Shown piece after piece: positions 36,558-48,800 of a stretch of DNA of 64,000 nucleotides; the stretch's first letter is position 1; each line of letters opens with the position of its first letter. The notes below the pieces were generated by a model that ran no database searches, had not been told where the DNA came from, and saw only the letters and a program-made list of their open reading frames with translations. Position numbers and translations under genes: made by a program. This DNA is from Puccinia triticina. Its lineage: Eukaryota. The stretch spans positions 2,914,001 to 2,978,000 of the forward strand of contig CP110440.1 of NCBI GenBank assembly GCA_026914245.1, read 5' to 3'.

Positions 36558-38932
36558 TAATGATCACATTATCTCCATAATAACAAGATTGGAACAGGTG
36601 ACAGGAAAAAGCTTGGTACGCTGAGAAGTGACAATGGGGATGAATTTGCTAACAAAACTCTTAGTGATTTTCTGTCAGCTAAAGGCATCGCAGCAGAAAA
36701 ATCACTGCTGTATCACCACTATCAAAACAGTGTGATTGAATGTTTCAACCGGACAATAGCTAATATGGGCAGGACAATATTGATTGACAGCCCTCTCCCA
36801 AAAGAGTTCTGGAGCTACTCTTTTGTGTGGGCAGGGCACATCCTCAACAGGATACCAAACAAAGCGAGTGGAGACGCAACACCTTTTGAAGCCATGTTTG
36901 GCAGGAATCAGGGTTTTTGGCAGCTTGGGGTATGTTCATGTGCCGCACAAAAGACGGAAAAAACTCAACAAGCGGGCAGTAATAGGTCATGTAATTGCTC
37001 ATCTGGAATCTAGCAAGGGCTGGCTTTTTTGGCTGCCTGATAAAAAGGTTTTTGTATTATCAGCCATTGCCCGTTTCCCAGATGATACAATGATGCTCAA
37101 GACGCTGACAAATTCTGAGAACGCTGAGCCAGTAAAAAAGACAGAAGCGGTTCCCCCTCCGCAAAAGCTGTTGGTGGATTATGTGATGAATCTCTTGCAA
37201 CTGGGAGGTTTCTCTAATGAGATAGAATTTACTAATCAGGAGCTGATTGTGGACAAGATTATTGACCTTTGCCAGTTCTACGCTATCACAGTGCTCAACA
37301 CATTCAAACAAGCAATGAATTCTGCCAACAAAGAAGCTGGGTCAAAGGCAATTGCTGTAGAGCTTTCCAACCTTGAACAAATGTGTGTTTGGGTGCTACG
37401 GCTGAAACCAGAAGACAAAAAAGCTTTGGGGGGCAGGTGGGTGTTTGCAACAAAGCCAGCGATGAACGGAGAAGGGGTGTGTTTCAAAGCACGCTATGTG
37501 GCGAAAGGATTTACGCAGGTTGAAGGTCAAGACTTCAACGCGGCTTTTGCACCTACAGCAACGTTTGTGTCCCTCAGGCTATTACTGACCATTGCGGCCA
37601 CTTGCGGCTGGCCGGTCCAAAGTTTTGATTTTGTGGCAGCTTACCTCAACTCCCCCATCAATGAGGAAGTTTGGGTCAAACAGCCAGAAGGACTAGATGC
37701 ACTGCCGGGACATGCAATGCTTTTGAAAAAAGCACTGCAGGGTACCAAAGAAGCCGCAAGGTGCTGGTGGTTGCACCATAAGAATGTTCTTGATTGTTGG
37801 GTACTCACCTTCTCAGTATGATAACAGCTTGTACATTCTTATAAGGCACCCAGAGGAGTCAGGAGCATTGTGGCTACACGTCGACAATGGTGTAGTAACG
37901 TCCTCAAGCAATGCGTTGCTTAGAAAGTTGGAATCGGATTTCAAGGACATCTTAAAGATCAAGTGGTCGAGCAGCCTGGACTCGATTGTTGGCTTGAACG
38001 TGGAAAGATTGAAACAGGGCTTCCGGGTGTGCCAAAAAGAGCTGGTTGATGGGATTTTGGACAAACACTGGAATGGGACAACAACAGCCGCAACTCCACT
38101 GCCCTCAGGCTTCAATGCAACAACAGACTCGGATGGATTGGTGGAAGACTCTGGACGCTACCTGTTGGTGATAGGATGGTTTAGCTATCTGGCGGTGGGT
38201 ACCAGGCCAGATATTGGTTTTGCAGTTAACTACCTGGCCCGTTTTGCTGCAAAACCAGGTGCAGCACACTGGAAAGGGGTCCAGCATCTGGTAAATTATC
38301 TGGTGGGAAGCAGAGACAAGAAACTCTGCCTTTATCCAACCACTGATCTTAAACCTCTGAAGTGTTTTGCGGATGCATCGTGGGGAGGCAAATTCTTGCA
38401 GTCCTCTTACAGAGTACTCATAACTTTTCTGAATTGTCCAGTTCTCTGGGTTTTGCAAAGACAAATGTTGTTGGCATCCTTGACGTGCCACGCAGAGTAC
38501 ATGGTGCTGGGTGAAGCAACCAGACAACTCTTGTGGGTGAGACATCTGTTGAGAGACGTCCTAAAGAGACATTACGTAGGTTTTCTCTTCTGTGATAACC
38601 AATCCGCTATCAAAGTCTCAACCAACAACACCTTCAATAAAAGAACGTGTCACACTGATAGGGACTTTTATATAACTAATGAGTCTCTATTTCAAAAGAA
38701 AACATCACTTGAATGGATAGGCACAAAGGATCAACTCGCAGACATTTTCACCAAATGTATGGGGCCAGAAAGTTTTGGTGTCCTGAGGGACAAGATTACG
38801 CAACACTGACTTTCAGCTTTCTGAATTACTATCTTCAGAAACTTTTGTTCCTATTCTATTTGTCCTATCCCCTTTGTTTTTTTAGTCTTGATAGTTGTAC
38901 TAGCGGTACCGGGTCTACGGCAAGAGGGGAGG

Positions 38933-39073
38933 TGTTGTAACCCAGAGGGGCTACACAGTCTGAGCCTTGCCGCAGTCACGGTACCGGCCATACCTTGGAC
39001 TATGGTCCAAGGAGTGAGTGGATCATTATCAATACCAACCTGTTCACACTGTGTCTTTGCCTGGGTGACAATA
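38933..39073 (+). repeat. Copia 3' LTR
   Basis: Direct repeat of 31026-31166, preceded by the PPT. Confidence 0.95.
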
Positions 39074-39429
39074 TATACTCCATGGTATGCTGTAGACAGC
39101 TTTGTTTGGTGGCTATTGTGTGGGGCCAAGTTTTACCAGGTCAACCAACACCAGACCAAATCACATCAAGGAGAAGATAAAGTTCTAAGATCAACACCTG
39201 ACACAGTCCAACATTGCTTGATTTGCCTTTGAATAAATTATGGCCAAGACTCTCCGATCTGAGCCCGCTTTGACTGGGAGTGGCCAACCTCCTCAACCTG
39301 GGAAATTGGATGACAAACAGAAGGATGAATTGGCAGCAGCCATGGAGGGGTACTTCAATTTGGTTCATGATGGCTCCTGATCTCTCAGAGACCTCACCAA
39401 CACTCTGAATCCGGCGCGCCAACGGCTGA

Positions 39430-40430
39430 CCTACAAGGCTCCCAATGACTTTGAAGATTAAGAATCAGAGGTCAAGGATGTCAAAGCAACCCAGGATGTG
39501 GGCAATGGAGGAAATAATATTGATTGGGAGGCCCACAGGTTGCTGACACCAGAATCAGAAGAAGAGGCCCAAAGGGCTGCCAAGGAGAGGAAAGAAAGTG
39601 ATGCCTTGTTCATAATATTCCCTTTCTGTTTCTTGGGATTCCCTGCTATACCTTTGCCCCTACTTGATGGCCCATAACATGCAGCCCAGATATTATATCT
39701 TTGCTGTGTCTCTGCATATGACAGCCACCAGGATAGAGCTGCTTTGCCCGTTTGTGAGCCAGATTGGTAAAGAACCAGACATCCTCTGAATTGAATGGAT
39801 GGTTGTTGTCCTGGCAAAACCACCATCCAGTTGCACCGTACAGGAAGAATGTGGCCATTGAACCAAAGATACCCAGTGCTTGCCCCAATCCTTGTCTCAG
39901 CTGTTGATTTGGTATTGGTAATGCCATACCGGAAAAGACTGCGGCCCCAATCACCTTCCAACATCTTTATGGCCACCAAAGCATCCAGATTGGGTTCAAC
40001 CTGCTTGTCCATGCAGAATTCAATATGCTTGATGAACTTTGACTGCTGCATCATCACACAACAAACCCTGATCTCCCCAAGATGATTAGGCTGTTCCAAT
40101 TTTTCAAGGCTGCACCAGATCCACGGGGGCCTGGCTCAAGAACCTTGATCTTCCCAAGCATGTACACTGTCCATGAAGTGGTTTTGGGAGGCATTCGCTG
40201 GGTTGGTATCATGAGTGGGCTTGAGCTTGATGTACTGATCAAAAGAATTGACTGAAGATTCTGCAAGCAAGTGCAATTTGCCAAAGCACTTGACAGACAT
40301 TTTTGGCATTTTCTTGTCCAATATTTGTGAGGAGTCATTGACATTGCGGTACATCATTTGCCAGAGATGACACCAGGAGGCACTGGTTCAGAGATCTTCA
40401 GCAGCCCTGCAAGTTGACCACCAAAGGTTT
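39430..40430 (-). pseudogene. Frameshifted coding remnant of unknown family
   Basis: Overlapping minus-strand ORFs 40136-40357, 39458-40099 and 39646-39954 with protein-like composition. No domain recognised. Confidence 0.3.
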
Positions 40431-40556
40431 CCAAAATGGATTGTGAGCATCAGCCCAATACACATTTGAGGGGCTAGAGATAGATCCACTTCAAACATTG
40501 TCCGATGTTCCGGACAGAATATCCTGTAGAGGTCACGGAATATCTGGTAAATATTT

Positions 40557-40643
40557 GGAATATCCGGTCATTTTCCGGATCCGGGATCCCTCTCTCATTT
40601 ACTGTCTCACAATCATTTCCAATGTCTGATGCTCACTGAGCAC
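40557..40643 (+). repeat. Left arm of long-range inverted repeat
   Basis: GGAATATCCGGTCATTTTCCGGATCCGGGATCCCTCTCTCATTTACTGTCTCACAATCATT..., preceded by further GAATATC motifs. Confidence 0.93.
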
Positions 40644-43499
40644 ATTCTCAGGGTCCATCAATGTATACTGTGTACAAAATAGCAGACATGATACAAAATG
40701 AGAAAATTAACAATCAAGGGAGACTACCGCTATAGTTTCAAAATCTATAGCCAGGACAAGCTCTTTGGGCTTTTAAGTCATCCACGCGCATTGTGCCAAA
40801 ACCTCCTCAAGAAGTACTATGTGCTCTTGATTTTATTTGACTTTTTGCAAGGCAACACCAACTGCGTCGTACTGTTGGAGTTGGACGAAAGGGTTGGGGT
40901 TACGACGGACGGTAACCAGCGGATGTACTGCTAGCCAAGTATCTTTCACAGCTTCAGAACCGGGGGCCCTTTGTAAATGAGTGAAAATCATTTTGATCAT
41001 CCCATACTTTGTTTGAGAACCTGGCTTCAGCTTGACTACACAGTTACTTTTGTTAGTTTTCATGCTTGAATACACCACGTTGCCCTGCTTCAAGTTTGGG
41101 AAGATTTGGATTAGTGATTTGACAGGGGCGTTGTTCACGGATGCCAAAGACATGCTCCATTTGCTGGACGTAGTCCACTGGCCGCCGTTCTCGAGGGGGA
41201 AAATTTGATTTAGCCAATCAATTAGTTGGTTTAGCATGCCAACTTCCAGGGTGCTTTGACGCCAATTGGTCGCGGTTTCTGCGGCAAATGGGACGGGTTG
41301 GTAGAGAGCTTGTATCTGTTTCACATAGGTTTTGAAAGATTCGGGAAAACTACCACTCGCCAGCGCTGCCTGCAGATTGCCGATTCTGGCAAAGTTTGCC
41401 AAGTATGTTATTTTGAGTTGACCTGTGAATACTCAAAATCAGTGTTTTGCTTCCTGTTTTCTCCTCACAAACAAGCATTTACCTAGTCGGTTATTGCCTG
41501 TACTCTCCAAGACATGAGCCATGAGTTGTTCCATCGAGAACGACCACCATGCACGACAAGGTCCAAGTCTGTCCAGACAGTCTGCCAGGTGGAACGCCAT
41601 GTGGTGATTGGGAGCAAGGTTGACATCCGGGAAAAGAATTTGGCAACTTCCAATGTACAGATATATGTGTTGGTGGTACTTCTCCATGCGGCCGATCATC
41701 ATTTTCCTTTTGAGCGCAAGGTTTACAAGAGAAACCAGATGAGCAAAGCTATGGAGGAGAGACTTGGAAGCGATGTGATTGTCATTCCAAATGGCCGGCA
41801 AGATGAGGGGAAGCTGGACCGTAAATAGATTCCGCCATCCGTCAGCTTTGAGGCGGCCAAAGGCCGCCTTTCTAAGCACCGGGATCACTTGTTTGATCCA
41901 TGTAGGGGTGCAAATTCCCTTAAGGGATGAATTGATGTGAGCCAGCACAGGCCCGTCCAATACGGCCATGCCATTGGAGGGGGGGACCCACTTTCCCCCC
42001 ATTCATGAGTGCCGGCATCAGGTATGAACTCAAAATCATGGGTTTCCGTTGCGTCACCAAACAACAGATCCAGAAAACCCGGTTTGCCCTGCTTGTTTGG
42101 TGGCTCCTGGCTTGGTGGTTTGCAAGGTCTGGGCCTTGGAGCTTTTTTGCGAGGTCTGGGCTTTGGAGCTTTGGGAGGATCCTCATTAGGATCCTCATCA
42201 CTACTAGAGGATAAGTCGTTGAGTTCAGCTTGGGAGACGGATTCTATGTCTGCTTCAGCATCATTGTCAGACATTTGCCAAAATCATCAACAGTGCCAAT
42301 TAAGCAGGGCTAGGAGTAGATTGTGCATTGAATCCACCAAGTGGTACTCGAGGATGTTCCAACATGACAGAGTAGCGTACCCCTTGCTCCAATAAGATTT
42401 GGTCTTTTTCTTCTACACTGGCTGCTTCACAAGACTTGTTGGCCCAGCGTTGGTGGTTGTCAAGGGTCCGTTTAGGCCACAATTCGACTTTAATGTTGCT
42501 TATCTCATTTTTGGGCAGAAGACAATAAGAGCACATGCGCGTTGCAGTGGGGCCTGCAAATCCAAGAGCCCAAAAAAGCGCTGGCAAGTCCGCAAAGAAG
42601 GTCAAAAGGGCTGCCAAAACCGCCCGACCATTGGGGTGTTGGTACGTTTTGGACAGACGCAGACCTGAATTCCACAGAGCTGTGAGCTGTTTGACAATTG
42701 GTTGCATAATACAATTAATTTGTTTGAGAGAGGGTTTGTGTGGACCAGGGGCAATTCCTGCTAGGAAGATATTTTTGGGATTGTAGCGAAGCGAGACAGG
42801 TAAACTCATGCAAACCATGATCATAAAAGTGATTGAGACGTGTTTGCCAGATATTTTATTCCCATGGGGATTGATACCATCCATGAACATAGCAAATGTG
42901 ACGTTGCTGCTACTGGCAGTGCACTGTTGACCGTCAGGACCAAGGAACTCTCTCCCGCCGCGGGAGTCGTGAATGTCAGTCATCTCTTTCTTCTTGTTGT
43001 CCGGAGTCCTGGACTTCTCGGCTGTTTACTCTAGTGCCTCTTCAATACCCTCTCTGCTGAAGAAACAAGAAAGCCAGCTGTTGAGATCTTGAACTGCAAA
43101 ACAACAAAGGGGTGAAAAATATTGTGAGGTTTCGTCAAAAAGTTCAGCCCCGCAGATATGCAATCAATTGTCTAGTGCAGTTTTGGCAAATTTGTCTCCG
43201 TCTAACTGAGTCCCAGGAGATCCGTCTTTGGCAGCTCCGGAAGAGGTTTGTTTGAATTGTACCTGTTTGACTTGTTCAGTTCCGGCAGATCTTTGTTTGG
43301 CTTGCGCAGCACCAGTAGAGGGCTGCTTGTCTTGTGTAATGTTGCCTCGTTCCGCTTGCTTGTCTTGTGTAATATTGCCTTGTTCCGCTTTGTCTTGTGC
43401 AGCCTTACCCCATGCAGCTTTCCCTCGCGCAGCTTTGCTTTGTACGGCTTTTGTAGGCTTTTCAGGAAGGTGGCAAAAAGAGCATGTCTGGGGTGCACT

Positions 43500-45851
43500 T
43501 GTAAACCCCCCTCCTCTGTTGGGTTCACAATATGTCATGAGATGACACAAGCCTGTCACAATGTTGTATATAGCGCACTTGCATTTCATCCCTGGCTCAG
43601 CAGAGAACTGATCCCTCTTCTCTCTGAGCTAGGTAAGCTTGTCTCTTTTCTCTCTCCTTTTATCTTTCATCTCACAGCAGAGAACTGATCCCTCTTCTCT
43701 CTGAGCTAGCAATCCAATCGCCCCTGTGTTTGGTCCTAGAACCGCTCTAGGCTTCCCGCCTTGTCCCTCGTGCCCGTTCCAGCTCACTCTCAGTGAAGGA
43801 CTAACAGAGTCCTTACACTTTTTTTTTCTACACCCAAACACACCCAACTCCGTTCCGTCCGAAATCCGTCCGTTCTGTTCCGTTCCGCGCCAAAATCCGA
43901 CCGTCCCAACTCCGTCCATCAATTTTTTTTTCCCTTCTGTTTGCATTCCTCAAGACTCTATCAACAACCCCCAATCCACCGACTGCATGCTCCAATCACC
44001 GGCAATGGCAACTGAACAGCCTAGATTCCCAAAGATCCTCGCCTCCCTGTCCGACCACCTTAAGCGCAGGATTCTATCCGGCTACGCGGTTGACTCCTGT
44101 TGTCGGATGCTCCGGAGTGCTATTCACCGGCACAAAGAAGGCAGATTGATTGAAGGCCTGATGTTCATTGAAGGCCGCCTAGTCATCCCAGCAGACCCCG
44201 TGATCCGTCTCAATCTCATTGCCGGGACGCACAGACGCCTGGGAAATGCAATATATCTTGAAACAGCCCGAGCGCTCAGGCGGAACTTTTTTTGGCCCCA
44301 CATGGACGAGGAAGTGGAAATATTCATCCAATCGTACTCTCCCCGTCAGAATGTAGCGGTGCCGGCTACTACACCACCCAGCAAGCTCCCTGCGACCTCA
44401 CACCCAGTCTCGCCGCCGGCCCCCTCCCTCCTTGGCAACGCCACCAGCAACCAAGGTGGCTCCCTTGCATGCTCCTCACCAACCGTCTTCAACTGTCCAT
44501 CTCTCTCGTCGGCCTCCAATTGCTCCACTAAAGTCTGCAGCCCCGATTTTGACTCCTCAGGGCCTTGCAATAACTTGCAAAGCCGCGCGACCCTTCCTGG
44601 CGACTCTTCCCATCAACTCAATCAACTCAACAGACTCTCAGTTCCGCAGCCCTCCTCTCAAAGCCACCCTCATTGCCCCGCTAACGCCTTGCCTGCTCTC
44701 AAAACCTCCTCTGACGCTACTCTGTCCTCTGAAGCGCCGTCGAGACCGTCTGTGCTATACAAGAAAGGGTACTACCCACCTCCTCTCTCCGCTCTCCCAT
44801 TGCTCCTACAACCAATCGGGCCTCCAAACCTCGACAAACTACCGCCCCCCGCGCGTCCCTCAATCTTGCTGGCCTCTGATCGGGTACATCAAAATCCTGC
44901 ACTCCCCCCTGCTCAACCTACTTCTCCTGCCCCATTTTGCGCCCTCGCCTCCTCAGACTCAGTGTCAACCACACTACCATTGAATTTTTGCTACTCACGG
45001 CCGCTCCCCACTCTTCCATCACTCACGCAACAAATTGGACCTCCAAGACTTGACAAACTACAGCCCCCCAAAAATAATCTACACAGCTTCAACCACTGCC
45101 TCACACAGATACGACGTCTTCTTGGGGACCGACTCGAGTCACTCCTGATCAAAAACAGGACAACTCCACCCCATCCCTCCCCACTCCCTCCGCCTCGCTC
45201 CATCCCCTCGTCTCCACGCGCAAACTACCCCTCTCCGGCAAATGTTAATCTAACGTCACCGGGCTCCCCGCCGACCTCTGCCGCCTCTCTGCCGACCTCT
45301 GCCACCTTTCTGCCGACCTCTTCCGCCTCTCCGCCGCCTGACGCCATGCCAACAAGCCACCCAACACCTTGCCCTTCCCGACAAAGTCCCTACATCCCAT
45401 TTTCCTTGAACTTCCCTCCTGGCCTACCACTCCCACCTCACCCCCTTCCTCTATCCTCCTTCTTCTCATGTCCCATTCCCAATTTATTTCCTGTTTTTAT
45501 TTACCCCTTCTTCTCTTTTATAGGAGGGGAGACTGTAAACCCCCCTCCTCTGTTGGGTTCACAATATGTCATGAGATGACACAAGCCTGTCACAATGTTG
45601 TATATAGCGCACTTGCATTTCATCCCTGGCTCAGCAGAGAACTGATCCCTCTTCTCTCTGAGCTAGGTAAGCTTGTCTCTTTTCTCTCTCCTTTTATCTT
45701 TCATCTCACAGCAGAGAACTGATCCCTCTTCTCTCTGAGCCAGCAATCCAATTGCCCCTGTGTTTGGTCCTAGAACCGCTCTAGGCTTCCCGCCTTGTCC
45801 CTCGTGCCCGTTCCAGCTCACTCTCAGTGAAGGACTAACAGAGTCCTTACA
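43500..45851 (+). mobile_element. Young non-autonomous LTR retroelement (Ty3/Gypsy-derived, 2352 bp)
   Basis: 318-bp LTRs (43500-43817, 45534-45851) with 2 differences seen. TGTAA...TTACA ends, perfect TSD GCACT, PPT AGGAGGGGAGAC. No gag, PR, RT or RH recognised. Confidence 0.97.
43726..45579 (+). CDS. Long open frame: degenerate integrase zinc-binding-like domain plus Pro/Ser-rich tail
   Basis: 617 codons without a stop (first ATG ~43987). GRLVIP...THRRLGN...T..ALRRNFFWPHM..EV..FIQSY..RQ matches the Ty3 integrase H2C2 region with most zinc ligands lost. Expression unknown. Confidence 0.55.
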   Translation: MFGPRTALGFPPCPSCPFQLTLSEGLTESLHFFFLHPNTPNSVPSEIRPFCSVPRQNPTVPTPSINFFFPSVCIPQDSINNPQSTDCMLQSPAMATEQPRFPKILASLSDHLKRRILSGYAVDSCCRMLRSAIHRHKEGRLIEGLMFIEGRLVIPADPVIRLNLIAGTHRRLGNAIYLETARALRRNFFWPHMDEEVEIFIQSYSPRQNVAVPATTPPSKLPATSHPVSPPAPSLLGNATSNQGGSLACSSPTVFNCPSLSSASNCSTKVCSPDFDSSGPCNNLQSRATLPGDSSHQLNQLNRLSVPQPSSQSHPHCPANALPALKTSSDATLSSEAPSRPSVLYKKGYYPPPLSALPLLLQPIGPPNLDKLPPPARPSILLASDRVHQNPALPPAQPTSPAPFCALASSDSVSTTLPLNFCYSRPLPTLPSLTQQIGPPRLDKLQPPKNNLHSFNHCLTQIRRLLGDRLESLLIKNRTTPPHPSPLPPPRSIPSSPRANYPSPANVNLTSPGSPPTSAASLPTSATFLPTSSASPPPDAMPTSHPTPCPSRQSPYIPFSLNFPPGLPLPPHPLPLSSFFSCPIPNLFPVFIYPFFSFIGGETVNPPPLLGSQYVMR

Positions 45852-48800
45852 GCACTTTTGTTGTCCGGGTACATCGCAAAACACTTGGGACAGCATATGC
45901 GATAAATAAGATCTGGTTCTATCACTAGGTTCTTCAGTACCGTGCGAGTGTCACCAGGAATAGCATTGATGGTTGAGTTATTGGCAAAGGATAGATCAGT
46001 GGGGGTAGAAGTGCCATGCAGCCCCTGAGTGACTATCAATTTAACAAGTTCACGATCCATTTTCAGCATGCAACTCAATGTATAACCTGAAACCATTTTG
46101 GTAACTTAGAAAATTGCTGCTTTGAGAGTGATGAACGTTATGGAGGGACTAATTGAACTGATAGGGAATTGCAAGAAGAAGCGAGCTGCAAAGGGCATGT
46201 TAGTCTATGTGCTAATCAGAGCCAATGAGTTAAAGACTGACAGCAATTGTATTGAATCATGGCTGGCGCAGACTCCGACTCCAATGCTTGCAAAGACATA
46301 TCAGAAATCACCTGAGTGAGTTGGTCTTGTACCTCATTATCATGTCCGGATGATTTGTCTTCATTCTGGTTTCCATGGTGACAAAATTCACTAATTTGAA
46401 ATTTGACAGACGGTCCTTCAAGTAATTCATCAAAATTGTCAGCGACACCACTGAAGTGTGAGTGTCAAAAGAATAAAGTAGTTTACCGTCTTTGTTTGCC
46501 CCCCGGGCCCAACTTGCTAGTTGTTGCTCTTTGATAAGATGCAACTTTCTGGTGTCCCCATTTACTTGCTGTCCAGGTTGTGCAATTCCGGTCAAGGGAT
46601 CAATGCTTTGGAATACAATGCATTGTTGACAAGTACACAAAACTGTGGAACAGCCAGTGGGCATGGCACGTCTTGAACAGGATTTGCGAGATGTGGAACT
46701 GATGTGATGGCCAAGTGTGGATCTGTAGCTGTTGGGCAAGCTCGGCCGCTACAGCCGCTGGTTAGCCTGGCCCAGGACCGTTGGGCTTACCTTTGTCATG
46801 ACTCACAATCCGTTACATATGCGCGAATCAGTCCCATATTTGATATTCTTACATACCTTCATACACAAGTACATAATTTTCTACCAAGCCCATCATCTTG
46901 TGCCCCGCCCTGCCACAGATCAACAAGCAAATAGAATTTGAATGTTCTTGTATTGCTTCAGTGGTTCTAATATTACAAACAAGGACAGGATAAGATGAAA
47001 GAAAAATGACAGGTTGGCACATCATTGCACAGCCGGTTCAAAGGGTCTTGAGGACCTTGATGAAGTGACCAATGGCGGGCGCTGTTGTGAGCTTCAAGCT
47101 CTCAGTGTTGTAACCCAAAAGTTGGCGCAACCAGTCTTGGTCGTACGTTCCTATTGGTAACCCATGCGGGGCTGAGACTGTACTTTGATTTGGGTTTGCT
47201 GATTACCTGCGTGTACGCTTTGGGGGTGCATTGCTGTGCTTGTCCCAGCAATTGCTTCTTATTTGATCGAGCTTCATCATGAGACAAGTGACTTGTGAGT
47301 GGCGCCATGGCATTGTGAGCGTGACACAAGATTTTTGTTGTGCATTCGGCGGCTTGGGTGCCTCGTCGTTGGTCTTGTCTTCACTGCAGCAGCTTTCCAC
47401 AATTGGCAAGAGTTGGGCGAGAGACAGCTCGGACAGAAGTGTGGAGATGCGCCACTCGCAAAGCTATGTACATATTATCAAAAGAGCCGGGAGATATCAG
47501 CTACCATGCAAGCTGTAAAAAAGGGTTTCAAAAAATGCTTTACCCTTGACCAACGGGTAGTTCGTTGGTGGGCCTTGTTGCGTAATGCTCTCTGCTCAGG
47601 TGTCATCTTATTTTGTTCCCAATACCTAAGATCATCCATGTTAGTTACCAACACCAGCTACACTGAAGAATTTGAAATCCTGACCTTTTAATCAGACTAT
47701 TGGTAGCATGATTATGTATCATTGTGGCAGCCAACTCTTCACTACATGTCTCCCGCGTAACGTCCTTGTATTTGCCAGCATCCACCAATGTCATGAAGAT
47801 CCAAACGGCAAGGTCCCACAGGAATGTGTTGGCGGCCGTGCTTGTCGGCGAACCAAGATCTGGCCGGAAAGATTGAACCCCTGCTTGCCGCATCATGCAT
47901 TGCATGATTTGGAGGGTCTCTTGGGAAGCTTTTGGGTTGCGCGGCCAACCACTTTGATACTCAACGTCTAATTCCATGTGATCCTCCTCACCGTCTTCGC
48001 CGGCACTGTCATTTTCTCCGCTACTGTCACGAGTGACGCTGCTGTTGCTATTGGTGTCAGACGCGTGTCCGTTGGATTGCGGCTCTAGCGTGTAAATCCA
48101 GGATCTCCGTTCTGCAGCAGTTGCAGGAGGTGGGAGTAGATCTTGCAGACCGCGCCCAAGGAGGGTGGCACAGTGTTGCCCTATTGCATCCTAATATAGG
48201 AAAAATAGATCAGTAATACGGTATCATCCCCACTAGGCTAAACAAAGCATACCGGGATGGGTCCACCTTGTGGTATGGGTCCAGAGGGTGCAGGTCTTGG
48301 GGTCGCCCTGCGGCCACGGGGCCTTGCACTGGGGGTTTCATGAATTTCTTCTTCCTGGTCTGATGGCACAGCTCGGGAGGAGGGGCGCAAACGGGAGGCA
48401 GCACCCAAATGAGTCGGATCCGAGGCAGGTGTGGCTTGGAGTGATGAGACACCAGTCGCTATGGTTTGCATAGATTGTAGTAATGACTTAGGAATATCTA
48501 ATAAATTCCCCGGTACAGCAGGATCATTGGGTTCGTTGGTGTGAATGGGGGGATCATCTACATCCATTTGGTGCATTGCGTCATCCACGGTTGCAGCCCA
48601 TTGGATTAGCCGTTGCGTAGGAAACAGGGTTTTGAACTGTTGGGCGGTTGATGGTTCCGGCTGCTTGTGGGAGGGTAAGTGGCATGGTGGATTAACCGCC
48701 GGTGATAGGTTCATCAGATCGGGGATCTCCAGAACTGGTTCTACTGAATCTTTGTTGCAAAGATTCGGGGGCTCTAGCACTTCAACACTTTGAACGCTCT

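Larger units (their letters stand above)
31812..38809 (+). pseudogene. Copia gag-pol pseudogene
   Basis: CWQCGGNCHYARNC, VFDTGASHGFTG, LHRMFGHASL, VDLMGP, LRSDNGDEF, FKARYVAKGFTQ, FDFVAAYLN, WLHVDN, FADASWG, CDNQSAI, DQLADIFTK. Frameshifted and interrupted at 34281-36557. Confidence 0.95.
31026..39073 (+). mobile_element. Full-length degenerate Ty1/Copia retrotransposon with nested insertion
   Basis: 141-bp LTRs (9 differences by my count), TSD TATAT/TATAC, PBS GGTTATGAGCCC (31167), PPT AAGAGGGGAGG (38922-38932). Confidence 0.97.
40770..46664 (-). pseudogene. CACTA/EnSpm Tnp2-type (Transposase_21 + DUF4218-like) transposase pseudogene
   Basis: ICCPKCFAMY, DIHDS, FMDGINP, LPVSLRY, GIAPGP, FADLPA, CSYC, GRLKADGWR, PNHHMAFHL, GPCRAWWSFSMEQ. 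Has introns and frameshifts, and is split by an LTR element. Confidence 0.93.

Noticed and set aside
40475..40596. Stand-alone 120-bp MITE (TAGAGATAGATCC...GGATCCCTCTCT)
   Set aside because: No TSD, and homology with 59772-59858 runs past the supposed right end, so it is better explained as part of a longer terminal repeat.
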